Positions 20,621 to 31,976 of a stretch of DNA of 64,000 bases are shown piece by piece. Where the stretch lies: assembly GCF_030384885.1 (NCBI RefSeq), contig NZ_CP128613.1, one strand, 5' to 3'. The notes under the pieces are model-generated. The model had not been told where the DNA came from. It was given only the letters and a program-made list of their open reading frames with translations, and searched no databases. Source of the stretch: Escherichia coli (lineage in GTDB: Bacteria > Pseudomonadota > Gammaproteobacteria > Enterobacterales > Enterobacteriaceae). Within the stretch, counting starts at the first letter, position 1, and each line of letters begins with the position of its first letter. The position numbers were made by a program, and so were the translations under genes.

Positions 20621-20621
20621 A

Positions 20622-21290
20622 TTACTTTTTGTTAACGTCAAACATAGTGGCATCGGTCGCCATGTCATCAATAACTTGCTTAATATTCTCGAAAGCCATT
20701 GGCGTACTTTCATTATTCAGGTCTTTACCTTCGCCCTGACGAACGACTTTGATAACCGGTTTATTAGTAGCTGCATCAATCAGCTCACCTTCAAAATACA
20801 GGCGAGTATCCATGGTACGGTGGCCCGTCGCCATTTGCGTCCCCGCGACCACTAATGCGACAGGAACCACTTCATAGAATTGCAGCCCTTCTTTGCTGGT
20901 ATCTACACCGGTAATGGCCCCACGGAAAATCAGACTACGCGGCCCAGCGGTGGTAACCAGTGGTTTACGCTGCGCAATCGCTTCTTTCATTTCGGTGTTG
21001 GTATAACTCAAAATTTTATCCAGAACTTTCTGCCCTACCTGGGTAGATGGTTTCGGTACCGGATAATAAGTGATTGGGTTCCAGACGATGCTGTCATATT
21101 TACTTTGATCAAAACTCGGGTCTACCCAACGTAAAACAGGTTTACCTGTTGCTGAGGTTGTTTCTTTTAAATCAGAGTAATTGTTTAAAAAACCAGAATA
21201 TTTATCTGGCTGGGTGATTTTAGAGGCACAACCAGACAGAGCCAACAAGCCGCATAAAGCTGCAACTTTCGCAATTGATGTGGTACGCAT
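20622..21290 (-). CDS. ydcL: Lipoprotein YdcL (DUF3313)
   Basis: 222-aa ORF with lipobox (LALSGCASK). Confidence 0.85.
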   Translation of the reverse strand: MRTTSIAKVAALCGLLALSGCASKITQPDKYSGFLNNYSDLKETTSATGKPVLRWVDPSFDQSKYDSIVWNPITYYPVPKPSTQVGQKVLDKILSYTNTEMKEAIAQRKPLVTTAGPRSLIFRGAITGVDTSKEGLQFYEVVPVALVVAGTQMATGHRTMDTRLYFEGELIDAATNKPVIKVVRQGEGKDLNNESTPMAFENIKQVIDDMATDATMFDVNKK

Positions 21291-21592
21291 GAATAGTTTC
21301 CTGAGATGATTATATTACTTTCTAAGTTATAGCAAAAAGCACCGCTTCGTGTTGTGGCAAAAAAAGTGTTGGTGAAAATAAATTTTTCAGCCCCTTTTCA
21401 GACGACATAGTCAATGCCGAAAAAGGGGCTAAGTCAATCATCAGTAGTTAAATTTCAGTAAGTTAAGCTGCTAAAAAACTTCGACTACTGTGATTAATTT
21501 CACATCCATTCGATAAAAAATATGCTTACCGAAAAGAAGAACAGTAGACCATCTCAGCGTGGGGAATTTTCACGCGCCTTGTTCTTACCAGG

Positions 21593-22186
21593 TTATTTTT
21601 TACGTGCCAGCATCGTGGCGAAACGCAGTTTAATCCGATTACCGTTGGCATCGGTGCGGTGCAACTCACCGACGTCTTCATTGTATTTCACCATCTCCCA
21701 GCCTTCGTAATATCGACGTAATTCTCCTTCTTTGAAGGCAAACGGGAAGCCGACGGTACATGGATAATCAGCGGTATCCATCGCCGCCACAATCAGGTTG
21801 TAACCACCAGGTTTAGTGCAACGTTGCATATTGGCAATAAGCCCAGGGATGGTTTTATCCTCAAGGAACATCAGCACCACAGTCGAAAGAATAAAATCGT
21901 ACTGCCCATCAAATGTGAAGTTATTCAGATCAACAACCCGGGTGTGTAAATTATCCAGATTTTCAATGGATTTAATCCGCTCGACGTTGGCGATACTCAT
22001 GGCATTTTTATCCCATGCGTCAACTTCATAACCATTGGCTGCCAGGTAAAGACTGTTACGACCATTGCCACAGCCCAGATCCAGCGTTTTACCGGCTTTA
22101 ACCACTTTCACCGCTTCCAGTACTTCAGAGTGTGTGCGGGTTAATTCATATTTTTCAGTAAAATAGTTTTCGTCACGGATGATCAT
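21593..22186 (-). CDS. tehB: Tellurite methyltransferase TehB (SAM-dependent)
   Basis: 197-aa ORF with SAM-binding motif ([15 protein letters not shown]); overlaps the tehA stop by 4 nt. Confidence 0.92.
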   Translation of the reverse strand: MIIRDENYFTEKYELTRTHSEVLEAVKVVKAGKTLDLGCGNGRNSLYLAANGYEVDAWDKNAMSIANVERIKSIENLDNLHTRVVDLNNFTFDGQYDFILSTVVLMFLEDKTIPGLIANMQRCTKPGGYNLIVAAMDTADYPCTVGFPFAFKEGELRRYYEGWEMVKYNEDVGELHRTDANGNRIKLRFATMLARKK

Positions 22187-23175
22187 TCTTTGTCCTCAGC
22201 TTTCATTAAAACAGCGCGCTCTGTTTTGATTAACAATTTCCCCTGCATCAGAAGCGCGAAAGTACGGATAAGCAGTATTGCTATTATAAAATTGGTAAAG
22301 ATAAACAGCGGCACCGCCAGGGTATGGAAAAATCCATTATTGCTGCCACTCCCCAAATGCAAACCGGTGGTTGCCAGTGCGGAAACGCCGAACGAGAAAC
22401 TCCAGAATGAAGCATTAAATGGTTGGGAGAGATACCATGGCATCAGACGTAGCATAAACAGCAGTTGCAGCAGTCCATAACCGAAAAGCATTTTTGCCAG
22501 CGTGTCCCCCTCGCCGCCGTTGACGCTTAGCCAGGCACTACAGGCCACCAGCGCAGGAGCGAGCTGAATGCCGAGTGATGTCCGCAATGCCGTGGGTAAC
22601 TCTCCCGAACTGCGCAGACGCTGAAGGATCACCGGTTCCAGACTTAACCATGAGAAAACGCCTGCGCCTAAAAACACCAGACCGGCGTCGGTGTAGCCCA
22701 ATGCACCACAGGCCATTGCGCTGATAAAGTTGTTGGCAACTGTCGGCAGATACAGTCCAGGCGTGGTAGCTTCTTCAGGATGAGATCCGCGCCATAATCC
22801 CGCAGTTTGCCAGGCGGCATAAGCCAACTGAACCACGACACCAAAACTGAACAGGCATACCGCCAGTGGGCGAAACCACGGAACAAAACCAATCGCCACC
22901 AGCATCGTCGTTGCCGGAAACAAACTCACAAAACTGCTCATCACTGGATGGCGCACTTCCGCCAGCACGCTATGCGGAAAGCGTATGAGTCGGGTAATAA
23001 ATGCGCTAGTCAATAATCCCCAGATGATCATCGCCAGAATCACTAGCCCATCCCCTAACCAGTGGCTGACCTGCCAAACCTGGCTGGCATAGCGCCAGGC
23101 AAATCCCATCCCTATCGTCCCCAACACAATACCAAAGTAGCCTGCCGGCAAATTGAGCACTTTATCGCTCTGCAT
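22183..23175 (-). CDS. tehA: Tellurite resistance / dicarboxylate-type anion channel TehA
   Basis: ORF 22183-23283; start at [19 protein letters not shown] gives 330 aa; polytopic membrane protein. Confidence 0.9.
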   Translation of the reverse strand: MQSDKVLNLPAGYFGIVLGTIGMGFAWRYASQVWQVSHWLGDGLVILAMIIWGLLTSAFITRLIRFPHSVLAEVRHPVMSSFVSLFPATTMLVAIGFVPWFRPLAVCLFSFGVVVQLAYAAWQTAGLWRGSHPEEATTPGLYLPTVANNFISAMACGALGYTDAGLVFLGAGVFSWLSLEPVILQRLRSSGELPTALRTSLGIQLAPALVACSAWLSVNGGEGDTLAKMLFGYGLLQLLFMLRLMPWYLSQPFNASFWSFSFGVSALATTGLHLGSGSNNGFFHTLAVPLFIFTNFIIAILLIRTFALLMQGKLLIKTERAVLMKAEDKE

Positions 23176-23298
23176 CTTCTTACTCATTTTGTTTAATTTA
23201 TAAAGTATATTTGAAATACATTTTATGGAATTTTCTCGAGCATAGCCAGAGCCGCAGAATTTGCTACGGTTATAGTAAGTCACCTGTGGGAAAACGCT

Positions 23299-24278
23299 AT
23301 GCGCAAATATCGTCTAAGTGAAGAACAGCGAGCCTTTAGTTATCAGGATGATGGCACTAAAAAAAGTGTGTTATTATGGCAAATTATCGCCATGAGCGAT
23401 TTTAACGATGTGATAGCAGGAACCGCTGGCGGCTGGATCGATCGCGAAACGGTGTTAGCACAGGAAGGAAATTGCTGGATTTACGACCAGAATGCTATTG
23501 CGTTCGGCGGAACGGTGATTTCCGGTAATACGCGTATCACCGGCACCAGCGTCCTTTGGGGAGAGGTTTACGCAACGGATAACGTCTGGATCGATAATAG
23601 TGAAGTCAGTCAGGGTGCATATATAAGTGACAGTGTCACCATTCGTGACTCATTAGTTTGCGGTCAATGTAGAATATTTGGTCACGCTTAATTGATCAAC
23701 ATTCTATGATCGTCGCCGCGCAAGGCTTAACCTCCGACCATCAACTCCTGCTACAAATTTATGATCGCGCAAGGGTTAGCGCCTCGCGTATTGTCCACCA
23801 GGCACAAATTTATGGCGATGCCGTCGTCCGGTATGCTTTTATTGAACATCGCGCCGAAGTTTTTGATTTTGCCAGTATTGAAGGTAATGAAGAGAACAAC
23901 GTCTGGCTATGCGATTGCGCTAAAGTCTACGGTCACGCGCAGGTGAAAGCTGGCATAGAAGAAGATGCCATTCCGACAATTCATTACAGTTCGCAGGTAG
24001 CGGAATATGCCATTGTGGAAGGTAATTGTGTGTTAAAACATCATGTCTTGATTGGCGGAAAGGCAGTGGTACGTGGCGGACCGATTCTGCTCGACGAACA
24101 CGTTGTAATACAAGGTGAGAGCCGTATTACAGGTGCGGTGATAATTGAAAACCATGTGGAGTTGACCGACCACGCCGTCGTTGAAGCCTTTGATGGCGAC
24201 ACGGTTCATGTCCGTGGTCCAAAAGTCATTAACGGCGAAGAGCTCATTACGCGAACGCCGCTGGCAGGGTTATTGTGA
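23299..24278 (+). pseudogene. ydcK: ydcK, hexapeptide-repeat protein disrupted by a 1-bp frameshift
   Basis: Two adjacent ORFs (23299-23691 frame 1; 23706-24278 frame 3). Frame 1 ends ...CRIFGHA-TAA; frame 3 reads [14 protein letters not shown]... straight through the junction. The sequence gcttaattg would read G H A L I D Q if one more T were present. Combined span 980 nt, one short of a 981-nt (326 aa + stop) gene. Confidence 0.6.
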
Positions 24279-24809
24279 ATCGATAATACGCGCGTATAAG
24301 TTCACATCATCATAGGCATCATTCAGAAACTCAGCCTGTTTCAGGCAACCTTCAAGGATAAAACCATTGCGCAAAGCGACCTGGTTGCTTTGCGCATTAT
24401 CCACCCGACATTTGATCACGAAGCGTCTAAGTTCACCAGACTGAGCGTAATGATGAATCAATGCCTGCAGCGCCTGAGAAATGATCCCCTGCCCCTGATG
24501 AGATTCGTCCAGCCAGTAGCCGATTTCAGCGGTTTTATTCAGTGGTTCAATACGATTAAACGAGATAACGCCGATAAGTTCATCTTCTTTGAAAATCATG
24601 AACATTTTGGCATAGCCGCGTTGATGCAACATTACATTGCCCTGCACCGTTTTTCGCGTGTCCTCTTCACTTTGAACAAACTGCGGCCAGTTTAGCGACT
24701 GCTGTAACCAGGTTCTATTTTTACAGATTAACTGATAAAGAGGTGTGACATGACTTTCTGCAACAGCATGTAATTCAAGTGATTCACTTACTTTTATCGT
24801 TTCAGCCAT
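24270..24809 (-). CDS. rimL: Ribosomal-protein L7/L12 serine N-acetyltransferase RimL (GNAT)
   Basis: ORF 24270-24824; start at [16 protein letters not shown]... gives 179 aa; GNAT fold motifs. Confidence 0.88.
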   Translation of the reverse strand: MAETIKVSESLELHAVAESHVTPLYQLICKNRTWLQQSLNWPQFVQSEEDTRKTVQGNVMLHQRGYAKMFMIFKEDELIGVISFNRIEPLNKTAEIGYWLDESHQGQGIISQALQALIHHYAQSGELRRFVIKCRVDNAQSNQVALRNGFILEGCLKQAEFLNDAYDDVNLYARIIDSQ

Positions 24810-24871
24810 CTTATCTCCAGTCAATCCATGCAGTTGTTAAAAAAGCCGCCTGGCTGGCGGCTTAGGAAAGT

Positions 24872-25096
24872 TTACACCTCTTTGACGCTCTCCTGCTGCA
24901 GGATTTTGAGCATCTCATCTTTTAACTGTAGCTTTTGTTTTTTCATGCGGACCACTTCCGCATTGTACCCTCGACCGTCGGAACCTTCCTTTCTGGCAAT
25001 TTCATGATCAAGTTTATTGTGTTTATCGAACAAGGACATAAAGCGAGGATTTTCGTTTTTCAGACGGGATATTAAATCTCGGTATTCTGGAAACAT
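24872..25096 (-). CDS. ydcH: DUF465-family small protein YdcH
   Basis: ORF 24872-25102; start MFPEYRDLISRLKNENPRF gives 74 aa. Confidence 0.85.
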   Translation of the reverse strand: MFPEYRDLISRLKNENPRFMSLFDKHNKLDHEIARKEGSDGRGYNAEVVRMKKQKLQLKDEMLKILQQESVKEV

Positions 25097-25235
25097 ACGC
25101 ACTCCCTGTTAGTGGCTGACAAGGTGTATCTGAAATACACACTATCAGATTACTCATTTAACTTAGGGAAAAATGCGAGCGGGATCGTGTTTAACCAGAC
25201 GGCACCTCCCGAAGAAGGTGCCGAAGAAAAAACGA

Positions 25236-26891
25236 TTAACTCATCACGCGGTCGTCAACATACTGACGTTTATCCGGCGCTGGCGGGAAATACTGATACA
25301 GCCATGTTTCACTGATAGCGTCGCCCTGACAACGCAGATACATCCGCATATCGACCGGATCAGTGGAGTCCGAAGTCGGATACCAGTCAAACTGAATACG
25401 ATAACCATCAATGGGTTCAATATAGAGAATTTCGATTTGCTTCGCTTCCCCACTGGAAAGCGTAATCACCGGCTCAATGCCTTTTGGTGCGGCAGCTTTC
25501 AGATCACCACCAACGAAATCGACGGCAAAACGACGCGCCCATTTTTCGGGATAGTGTTCACCAGGCGCCCAACCTTCCGGGAAACCGCCCATGCCGGTAC
25601 GCGTTGCCATAACGCGCGCTAATGGGCAATGAACAGGCGGTTGCGCACTCCAGTACAGACGATACTGGAATGCAAACTCATCACCCGCTTTTACAGCTTT
25701 TTCTGGCTGCCAGAAGCAGACAATGTTATCCAGCGTTTCGCCCGTTGTTGGGATTTCCATCAGGCCGATGGTGCCCTTACCCCACTTGTTACGCGGTTCC
25801 ACCCACAGACTTGGGCGTTTGTTATACCAGCCCATAATGTCCTGATAATGAGAGAAATCACGATCCAGTTGCAATAAACCAAACCCTTTCGGGTTGTTGT
25901 CGGTGTAAGCATTGAACTGCAATTTTTGCGGATTATTCAGCGGACGGCAAATCCACTCGCCGTTGCCCCGCCACATGGACAGACGATCAGAGTCATGGAT
26001 TTGCGGATGAATGGTGTCGCACATCCGACGTTCATTAGTGCCGCAGCTGAACATGCTGGTCATCGGCGCAATGCCCAGCTGTTTAATGTCTTTGCGCGCA
26101 TACAGGTGATTTTCCACATCCATAATCACCTGACTTTTCTCACAATGGATAGTGAACTTATAGGCACCAGTAATGCTGGCGCTATCGAGCAACGCATAAA
26201 CGGTAAAGGTGGTTGCCCCCGGTTTTACCGTATCAAACCAGAAGGCGGTAAAGTCGGGGAACTCTTCTTTACTGTCGGTGTAAGTGTCGATCGCCAGGCC
26301 GCGAGCCGACAAACCGTATTGATATGTATCATCAACCGCGCGGAAATAACTCGCACCGAGGAATGATACGACATCACGGCGCGCCAGTTCGGGGGCTTTA
26401 AACACGCGAAAACCGGCAAAACCGAGATCGCTTTGCCCTTCTAATTGTTTGGTATCAACACCCGCATCGTTGTATTTGAACAACTCCGGGCGAAAGTGAA
26501 TTTCACGCGCCAGATGTGTTGCGGGATCAACAGAGAACATACGAACGCGGCGACGGAATCCCATTCCCATATGGAAGAACTGAGCGTCCAGTTGACGGTT
26601 CTCAACGTTATGCCAGAGCGATTTTTCGGCGTCGTATTGAATACTGTTATAAGCCTGCGGCGTCATTGTCGCCAGAGTGTCAGGTAACGGACGCGGCGCA
26701 CCACGCCACGCGGTTTGCGCTAAGTCGTGCGCCATTGACTGTAGAATGGAGAAGTCAAAACGCTGGGTTTGCCCGTCGGCAATATCAGAATCTGCCGCGA
26801 ATGCCGCCTGAGAAAAAAGAGAAGCAATGCCGCTGGTACCGCACACGGCGGCCATAGCCATTGAACCTTTAATAAATCGTCTACGATCCAT
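25236..26891 (-). CDS. opgD: Glucans biosynthesis protein D (OpgD/MdoD), Tat-exported
   Basis: 551-aa ORF; twin-arginine signal [32 protein letters not shown]; MdoG/MdoD family. Confidence 0.92.
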   Translation of the reverse strand: MDRRRFIKGSMAMAAVCGTSGIASLFSQAAFAADSDIADGQTQRFDFSILQSMAHDLAQTAWRGAPRPLPDTLATMTPQAYNSIQYDAEKSLWHNVENRQLDAQFFHMGMGFRRRVRMFSVDPATHLAREIHFRPELFKYNDAGVDTKQLEGQSDLGFAGFRVFKAPELARRDVVSFLGASYFRAVDDTYQYGLSARGLAIDTYTDSKEEFPDFTAFWFDTVKPGATTFTVYALLDSASITGAYKFTIHCEKSQVIMDVENHLYARKDIKQLGIAPMTSMFSCGTNERRMCDTIHPQIHDSDRLSMWRGNGEWICRPLNNPQKLQFNAYTDNNPKGFGLLQLDRDFSHYQDIMGWYNKRPSLWVEPRNKWGKGTIGLMEIPTTGETLDNIVCFWQPEKAVKAGDEFAFQYRLYWSAQPPVHCPLARVMATRTGMGGFPEGWAPGEHYPEKWARRFAVDFVGGDLKAAAPKGIEPVITLSSGEAKQIEILYIEPIDGYRIQFDWYPTSDSTDPVDMRMYLRCQGDAISETWLYQYFPPAPDKRQYVDDRVMS

Positions 26892-27115
26892 ACCTGAAAG
26901 TGAGTCCTTCTGGTGTTGTGAATGGTCCCGCGCTGGTCGTTTTCAGCGGCAAGAAAGTGCTTATTTATGACCGCTCACTCTAGACAATATTTATTAATAA
27001 TCCAATTGTTGAACTCAGAGAATATGCATTAATCGGCACTTTTTTTATGTCGATGGGATGAGCCTGATTCATTTGTAAAATCAGGCAAATTTTTGCAAAG
27101 GCAGATAGTCAAAAT

Positions 27116-28459
27116 TTAAAGCAAACCACAGCGGCGTTTACTGCGTTCTTCCGCTTCCTGATAAAGCTGGAACTCATCAAAAACTGGGCAGCCCAACGCC
27201 TGCTCAAATGCTTCGCGGCTGGCATTACCGTGACTGCGTGCCTGCGTTTCATTACCCAGATTTGACTGGAAGATCCCCGCAGCGCTAACAGGCAAAAAAT
27301 CTTCATAAGTAATGGGTTGTGCCACTACCCAACCACGTTCAATTAAGGGTTGTGGATCGTCTCCGGGATGAATCGCCTGACGATGCGCCTCACCTGAAGG
27401 CGTCAAACGATATCGGAACCATGCCAACCCTTGCTGACGCATTAAAAACTCACTGTCAGGAAAAGTGCGGAAGGTTTCCTGTAAATGCATTTGATGAGTG
27501 AGATTATCCTGCCCGGTTCCAGCGTTCCGCAGAAGATCATCATACAGTTGTCGTCCTTTCGGCGTTAATGCCACGCCACGCTGCTCTATTTCACCAAAGC
27601 GCGCGGTATGCGTTCCATGTTTCTGCCCCGCAAACAACACCGCCTCTTCCAGGGCTTTAAAGCTGGTCTGGCGAAGTAAAATCGGTACCTCGCGGCGCGG
27701 CGGCCCTTCGATCAGAATTTTGGGTTCAATTCCGCATTCAGGCATCATCGACTGCACCCGGTCAATATCCAGCGTGCGTGGCGTCAGGTGGTTGATATGG
27801 CATCCAGGAAAACAGACCACATCAGCAATCAGCCGATGTTCGTTATGCAAGGCGCGATAGGTTACTTCATCCACCGTTGCTGACTGGTGCCAGCGAAACG
27901 TTTCCAGGGCTTCCTGCACAAACTCCTGTGCCTGTGTTTCGTTAAAACCGCCCCGCTGCTCATACTCCTCTAACAGTTGTCGACAACGTGGGGTGAAGAT
28001 ATCGCGCTGACGCAGAATCTCCGCCGCTTTCTGGCGCAAAAATTCGTTCTCGATAAGCTCAAGACGGAGTAATGAGGTAAAAACGCGGAAGGGATTACGC
28101 GCCAGAGAAGCATCATCAATGGGCCGAAATGCTGTGGAATGTACCGGCACGCCCGCCTGCGAGAGATCGTAATAGCTCACCGGGTACATCCCCATAATGG
28201 CAAACATCCGCCGAAGAGTAGCAAGCTCTTGTGCAGTCCCAACGCGAATTGCCCCATGACGTTCAACATTCAGTCGCGCCAGCTCGTCTGCATTTACCAT
28301 TTTTTCGTGCAGTTGAGGATTGTTTTCCAGCACAGCCAGATTCACATCAGCTACCAGTTCCAGCAGCGTGCCGTACTGCGGAACTTCTTGCTGGTACATG
28401 GCTGACATTGCCTGCGAAAACTGTTCCCGAATCTCATCCGCCGTGATGCTGTTCGCCAT
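27116..28459 (-). CDS. ydcJ: DUF1338-family protein YdcJ (HglS-like putative 2-oxoadipate dioxygenase/decarboxylase)
   Basis: 447-aa ORF; length and sequence match remembered YdcJ. Confidence 0.85.
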   Translation of the reverse strand: MANSITADEIREQFSQAMSAMYQQEVPQYGTLLELVADVNLAVLENNPQLHEKMVNADELARLNVERHGAIRVGTAQELATLRRMFAIMGMYPVSYYDLSQAGVPVHSTAFRPIDDASLARNPFRVFTSLLRLELIENEFLRQKAAEILRQRDIFTPRCRQLLEEYEQRGGFNETQAQEFVQEALETFRWHQSATVDEVTYRALHNEHRLIADVVCFPGCHINHLTPRTLDIDRVQSMMPECGIEPKILIEGPPRREVPILLRQTSFKALEEAVLFAGQKHGTHTARFGEIEQRGVALTPKGRQLYDDLLRNAGTGQDNLTHQMHLQETFRTFPDSEFLMRQQGLAWFRYRLTPSGEAHRQAIHPGDDPQPLIERGWVVAQPITYEDFLPVSAAGIFQSNLGNETQARSHGNASREAFEQALGCPVFDEFQLYQEAEERSKRRCGLL

Positions 28460-28675
28460 AATGTCTGCCTCCAGTGGTCAGTAATCTGGAGTGTAGGTAA
28501 CCACATTCACTCTGGCGGGAAGAATTTACAAACTGTGATCTCGCCGCGAAAACATCAATATTATCCATTTTGCTGTAACACAATTGCTTTAATTGTTAAT
28601 AATATTTTGCAATCAAGTTATCATAATCAAACAACTTCACTTGTCAGCGACACCGCTTCGTTTTTAACATCGCTT

Positions 28676-29599
28676 ATGGAAAAAAATAGTCTGTTTAGTC
28701 AGCGCATCCGTTTGCGCCACCTTCATACATTCGTAGCTGTTGCACAACAAGGAACTTTGGGGCGCGCAGCTGAAACCCTTAATTTGAGTCAACCTGCGCT
28801 CTCCAAGACATTGAATGAACTAGAGCAATTGACAGGTGCTCGCTTGTTTGAGCGTGGTCGTCAGGGGGCGCAACTTACCTTACCCGGCGAACAATTTTTA
28901 ACACATGCAGTCAGAGTTCTTGACGCTATTAACACTGCCGGACAGTCGCTTCATCGTAAAGAAGGTCTTAACAATGATGTCGTCAGGGTAGGTGCATTAC
29001 CTACCGCGGCGCTGGGAATATTACCTTCAGTTATAGGTCAGTTTCATCAGCAACAAAAAGAGACGACCTTGCAAGTTGCGACAATGAGTAACCCTATGAT
29101 TCTGGCGGGTTTGAAGACCGGCGAAATCGATATCGGCATTGGTCGGATGTCAGATCCTGAACTGATGACCGGGCTTAATTATGAACTGCTGTTTCTTGAA
29201 TCGCTGAAGCTGGTCGTCCGCCCTAATCACCCGCTACTTCAGGAGAACGTAACGCTAAGCCGGGTGCTGGAATGGCCGGTTGTTGTATCACCAGAAGGCA
29301 CTGCGCCACGCCAGCATTCAGATGCATTAGTGCAGAGCCAGGGCTGTAAAATTCCTTCGGGCTGTATCGAAACGCTGTCTGCTTCGCTATCTCGTCAACT
29401 TACGGTTGAATACGACTACGTGTGGTTTGTCCCTTCTGGCGCTGTAAAAGACGACCTGCGTCATGCCACGCTGGTGGCCCTGCCTGTTCCGGGGCATGGT
29501 GCAGGCGAACCGATCGGAATATTGACCCGCGTAGATGCGACGTTCTCTTCCGGTTGCCAATTGATGATTAACGCTATTCGAAAATCAATGCCGTTCTGA
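28676..29599 (+). CDS. ydcI: LysR-family transcriptional regulator YdcI
   Basis: ORF 28535-29599; start at MEKNSLFSQRIRLRHLHTFVAVAQQG (ATG 28676) gives 307 aa; LysR HTH plus substrate-binding domain. Confidence 0.88.
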   Translation: MEKNSLFSQRIRLRHLHTFVAVAQQGTLGRAAETLNLSQPALSKTLNELEQLTGARLFERGRQGAQLTLPGEQFLTHAVRVLDAINTAGQSLHRKEGLNNDVVRVGALPTAALGILPSVIGQFHQQQKETTLQVATMSNPMILAGLKTGEIDIGIGRMSDPELMTGLNYELLFLESLKLVVRPNHPLLQENVTLSRVLEWPVVVSPEGTAPRQHSDALVQSQGCKIPSGCIETLSASLSRQLTVEYDYVWFVPSGAVKDDLRHATLVALPVPGHGAGEPIGILTRVDATFSSGCQLMINAIRKSMPF

Positions 29600-29604
29600 A
29601 AAGT

Positions 29605-29635
29605 AAGGGATCTTTCGATCCCTTCTTTGATATTT
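29605..29635. terminator. Bidirectional terminator between convergent ydcI and trg
   Basis: gggatc-tttc-gatccc hairpin followed by ttctttgatatttt. Confidence 0.6.
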
Positions 29636-31276
29636 TCACGCTGTTGCGAAACTAACAGACTCACCAGCTCCGCGTGGTTCTGCCAACACAGAATGTTTGT
29701 TCAGGCGGAAAACGTCTACCGCCTCAGTTAATCGTGCAGCCTGTTCTTCAAGGGATAGCGCCGCCGCAGAAGCCTCTTCTACCAGAGAAGCATTCTGTTG
29801 CGTCACCTTATCCATTTCGGAAATCGCCTGGCTCACCTGCGTTATGCCTCTACTTTGTTCATCCGAGGCGGCGGCAATCTCCTGCATGATATGTGTGACA
29901 CTCGCGACGGCATCAACAATCGTGCTCATGGTTTTCCCTGCCGTTGCCACTTCAACCGACCCCAGGTCAATTAACCTGACTGATTCACTGATCAAGCCTT
30001 CAATCTCTTTCGCCGCCTGGGCGCTGCGACTTGCGAGTGTCCGTACTTCGCTGGCGACAACGGCAAATCCACGTCCTTGCTCACCCGCTCGCGCGGCTTC
30101 AACGGCAGCATTCAGCGCCAGAATATTTGTCTGGAAAGCAATGCTGTTGATGACGGCAGTGATCTCGGAAATTTTCTTTGAACTCGTGGAGATTGCGCCC
30201 ATCGTTCTAACTACACCGGAAACCGTCTCCCCGCCATCGCTGGCTTTAATGGAGGCCTCTTGCGCCAGTTTGCTGGCATGATGCGCGTTATCCGCATTCT
30301 GTTTCACCGTCGCAGTGAGTTGCTCCATGCTAGCGGCAGTTTGTTCGATTGCCGCCGCTTGTTCTTCGGTGCGAGATGAAAGGTCCGCATTGCCAGCGGA
30401 AATTTCGCTGGTGCCACGATAAATCTCTTCCGTGCCCTGTCGAACGGTCCCTACTGTCATCCCCAGTGAATGCTGCATTTGCTGTAAATGACGACTTAAG
30501 CGACCGATTTCATTACGACCTGCCGGATCATCATTCATCGTCAGATCGCCACTGGCGATTTTTTCAATCCGTTGTGCGGCATGTTGCAATGGACGAATGA
30601 CGATCCGACGTAGCACCATAAATGTTATCAGCGTCATGACCACGGCAAGCACAAACGCGCCAATCATAAACATCACACCCAGGCGGGTACGCTGATGGGC
30701 CTGTTCCGCCAATTGGTTGGCTCTGGTGCTACGTATCTTAACGGCTTTGTTCAAAATATCGGTATAAGCATTATCCAGCGGTCGGATCTGCTCACTTTCA
30801 TGATTAATAATCGCTTCAAACATGCCATTTTTGGCATATTTCAACATAGGTTGCATACCCGTGATATAAGCCTGAAAGCGTTGATTTAATTCAGTGTCGA
30901 GGGCTTCATCAGCAGGTGTTTTCACCGGCCGACTCCGGTAAGCCCGATAACCTTGCTGCGACTGTTTAATCTCCGATTCGGCTTGCGCAATATTTCGCTT
31001 CATTGCTTCCATTTCCGCAATACGACTCGCCGCCCCGGCCTGAATCATATTGATCCGGGCCGAACGCAAAAAATCTGAGCTGTTCGCTAACCCGGTCCGA
31101 ATCTCAATCTCCGCAGTCACATCACGCTGATCGCGATCGGCCTGCCAGAGGAAATAGCCAGCCAGGGCTGAACTCAAGGCAAACAGAAGTAAGATACCGC
31201 CAAGAATGCAGGCAAATAACGGAACCAGCCTGATGTGATGCAAAAAACCTAATCGCTGTGAGGGAGTTGTATTCAT
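29636..31276 (-). CDS. trg: Methyl-accepting chemotaxis protein III (ribose/galactose sensor)
   Basis: 546-aa ORF with two TM segments, HAMP and the conserved MCP signalling domain with methylation-site heptads. Confidence 0.92.
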   Translation of the reverse strand: MNTTPSQRLGFLHHIRLVPLFACILGGILLLFALSSALAGYFLWQADRDQRDVTAEIEIRTGLANSSDFLRSARINMIQAGAASRIAEMEAMKRNIAQAESEIKQSQQGYRAYRSRPVKTPADEALDTELNQRFQAYITGMQPMLKYAKNGMFEAIINHESEQIRPLDNAYTDILNKAVKIRSTRANQLAEQAHQRTRLGVMFMIGAFVLAVVMTLITFMVLRRIVIRPLQHAAQRIEKIASGDLTMNDDPAGRNEIGRLSRHLQQMQHSLGMTVGTVRQGTEEIYRGTSEISAGNADLSSRTEEQAAAIEQTAASMEQLTATVKQNADNAHHASKLAQEASIKASDGGETVSGVVRTMGAISTSSKKISEITAVINSIAFQTNILALNAAVEAARAGEQGRGFAVVASEVRTLASRSAQAAKEIEGLISESVRLIDLGSVEVATAGKTMSTIVDAVASVTHIMQEIAAASDEQSRGITQVSQAISEMDKVTQQNASLVEEASAAALSLEEQAARLTEAVDVFRLNKHSVLAEPRGAGESVSFATA

Positions 31277-31315
31277 TACCGTTGTCTCTCTTCCAGGTTT
31301 ACTCCTGATAGAAAG

Positions 31316-31342
31316 TCATCGGCATTTGACGGTAATTACTTA
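31316..31342 (-). promoter_or_regulatory. Candidate sigma-28 (FliA) promoter for trg
   Basis: Minus strand reads TAAGTAAT-N11-GCCGATGA against the class III flagellar consensus TAAAGTTT-N11-GCCGATAA, about 40 nt upstream of the trg start. Confidence 0.4.
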
Positions 31343-31558
31343 CGACTAAAAACCTCTTTGCGTCACATTTTTACAACAATTATTGCAGAGAAGATTAATG
31401 CCATTGGATTGAAGAAAGTGAGGAATGGTTAAACTGGCTAACCCGAATGACGAAAAATTCTGGAAAACAGCACGCTATTTCGTGAAGTGATTATTTTCGT
31501 CCCTAAGGAAACCTCATAGGATGCCTGCGGGTGCCCTTACTGCCCCCCTTTTTACGCT

Positions 31559-31732
31559 TCAGTTAGTGCATATTTTTTTCGATGCACTAATAGAACCATC
31601 ATTACAGACAAATTTGCCGCCTGCTGTACAGTGAGAGATCCCCCCTTTCGAACCAGAGCAGGGTTTGCGCCCGGCATCGGCATAAAAGGAAACAAGCGCT
31701 CCCATAACCAAGATAAGTGCCAATTTTTTCAT
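31559..31732 (-). CDS. ydcA: 57-aa secreted cysteine-containing small protein YdcA
   Basis: Not in ORF track. ATG at 31732; [57 protein letters not shown] then TGA; signal peptide plus 4 Cys. Confidence 0.7.
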   Translation of the reverse strand: MKKLALILVMGALVSFYADAGRKPCSGSKGGISHCTAGGKFVCNDGSISASKKICTN

Positions 31733-31902
31733 ATAACCTCCATGGTTTATCGAATCTTATGTTCGATTTGAACGTTATACGCTGGTTTATTTTGATACCG
31801 TTGATGAGATCAAAGATCGGGTGAATTGATTAAAGATAAGCCAGATGGACATATGGACAAGGATTATGGTTTTATTTGTCATACAAATAAATATAATAGG
31901 CG

Positions 31903-31967
31903 CTTCCGATGTAGGCCCGTACTTTTCGCCTGTACCGCGGGTCGGTTTTAGTACAGGCGTTTTCTTT
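31903..31967 (+). ncRNA. rydC: sRNA RydC (Hfq-dependent)
   Basis: cttccgatgtaggcccgtacttttcgcctgtaccgcgggtcggttttagtacaggcgttttcttt matches the remembered ~64-nt RydC, including the cgcctgtac/gtacaggcg terminator stem plus U-run. TATAAT at 31892-31897, about 6 nt upstream, with a TTTTAT-like -35. Confidence 0.65.
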
Positions 31968-31976
31968 AAAGATCCT

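Noticed and set aside
21291-21592. Long-loop hairpin (agccccttttc...gaaaaggggct) between ydcL and tehB as a possible sRNA or terminator
   Set aside because: Loop of about 19 nt and a position about 160 nt from the tehB stop make assignment ambiguous; insufficient evidence for a discrete feature.
27061-27115. Hairpin cctgatt...aatcagg downstream of ydcJ
   Set aside because: No U-run on the minus strand after the stem; more likely part of the opgD upstream region than a terminator.
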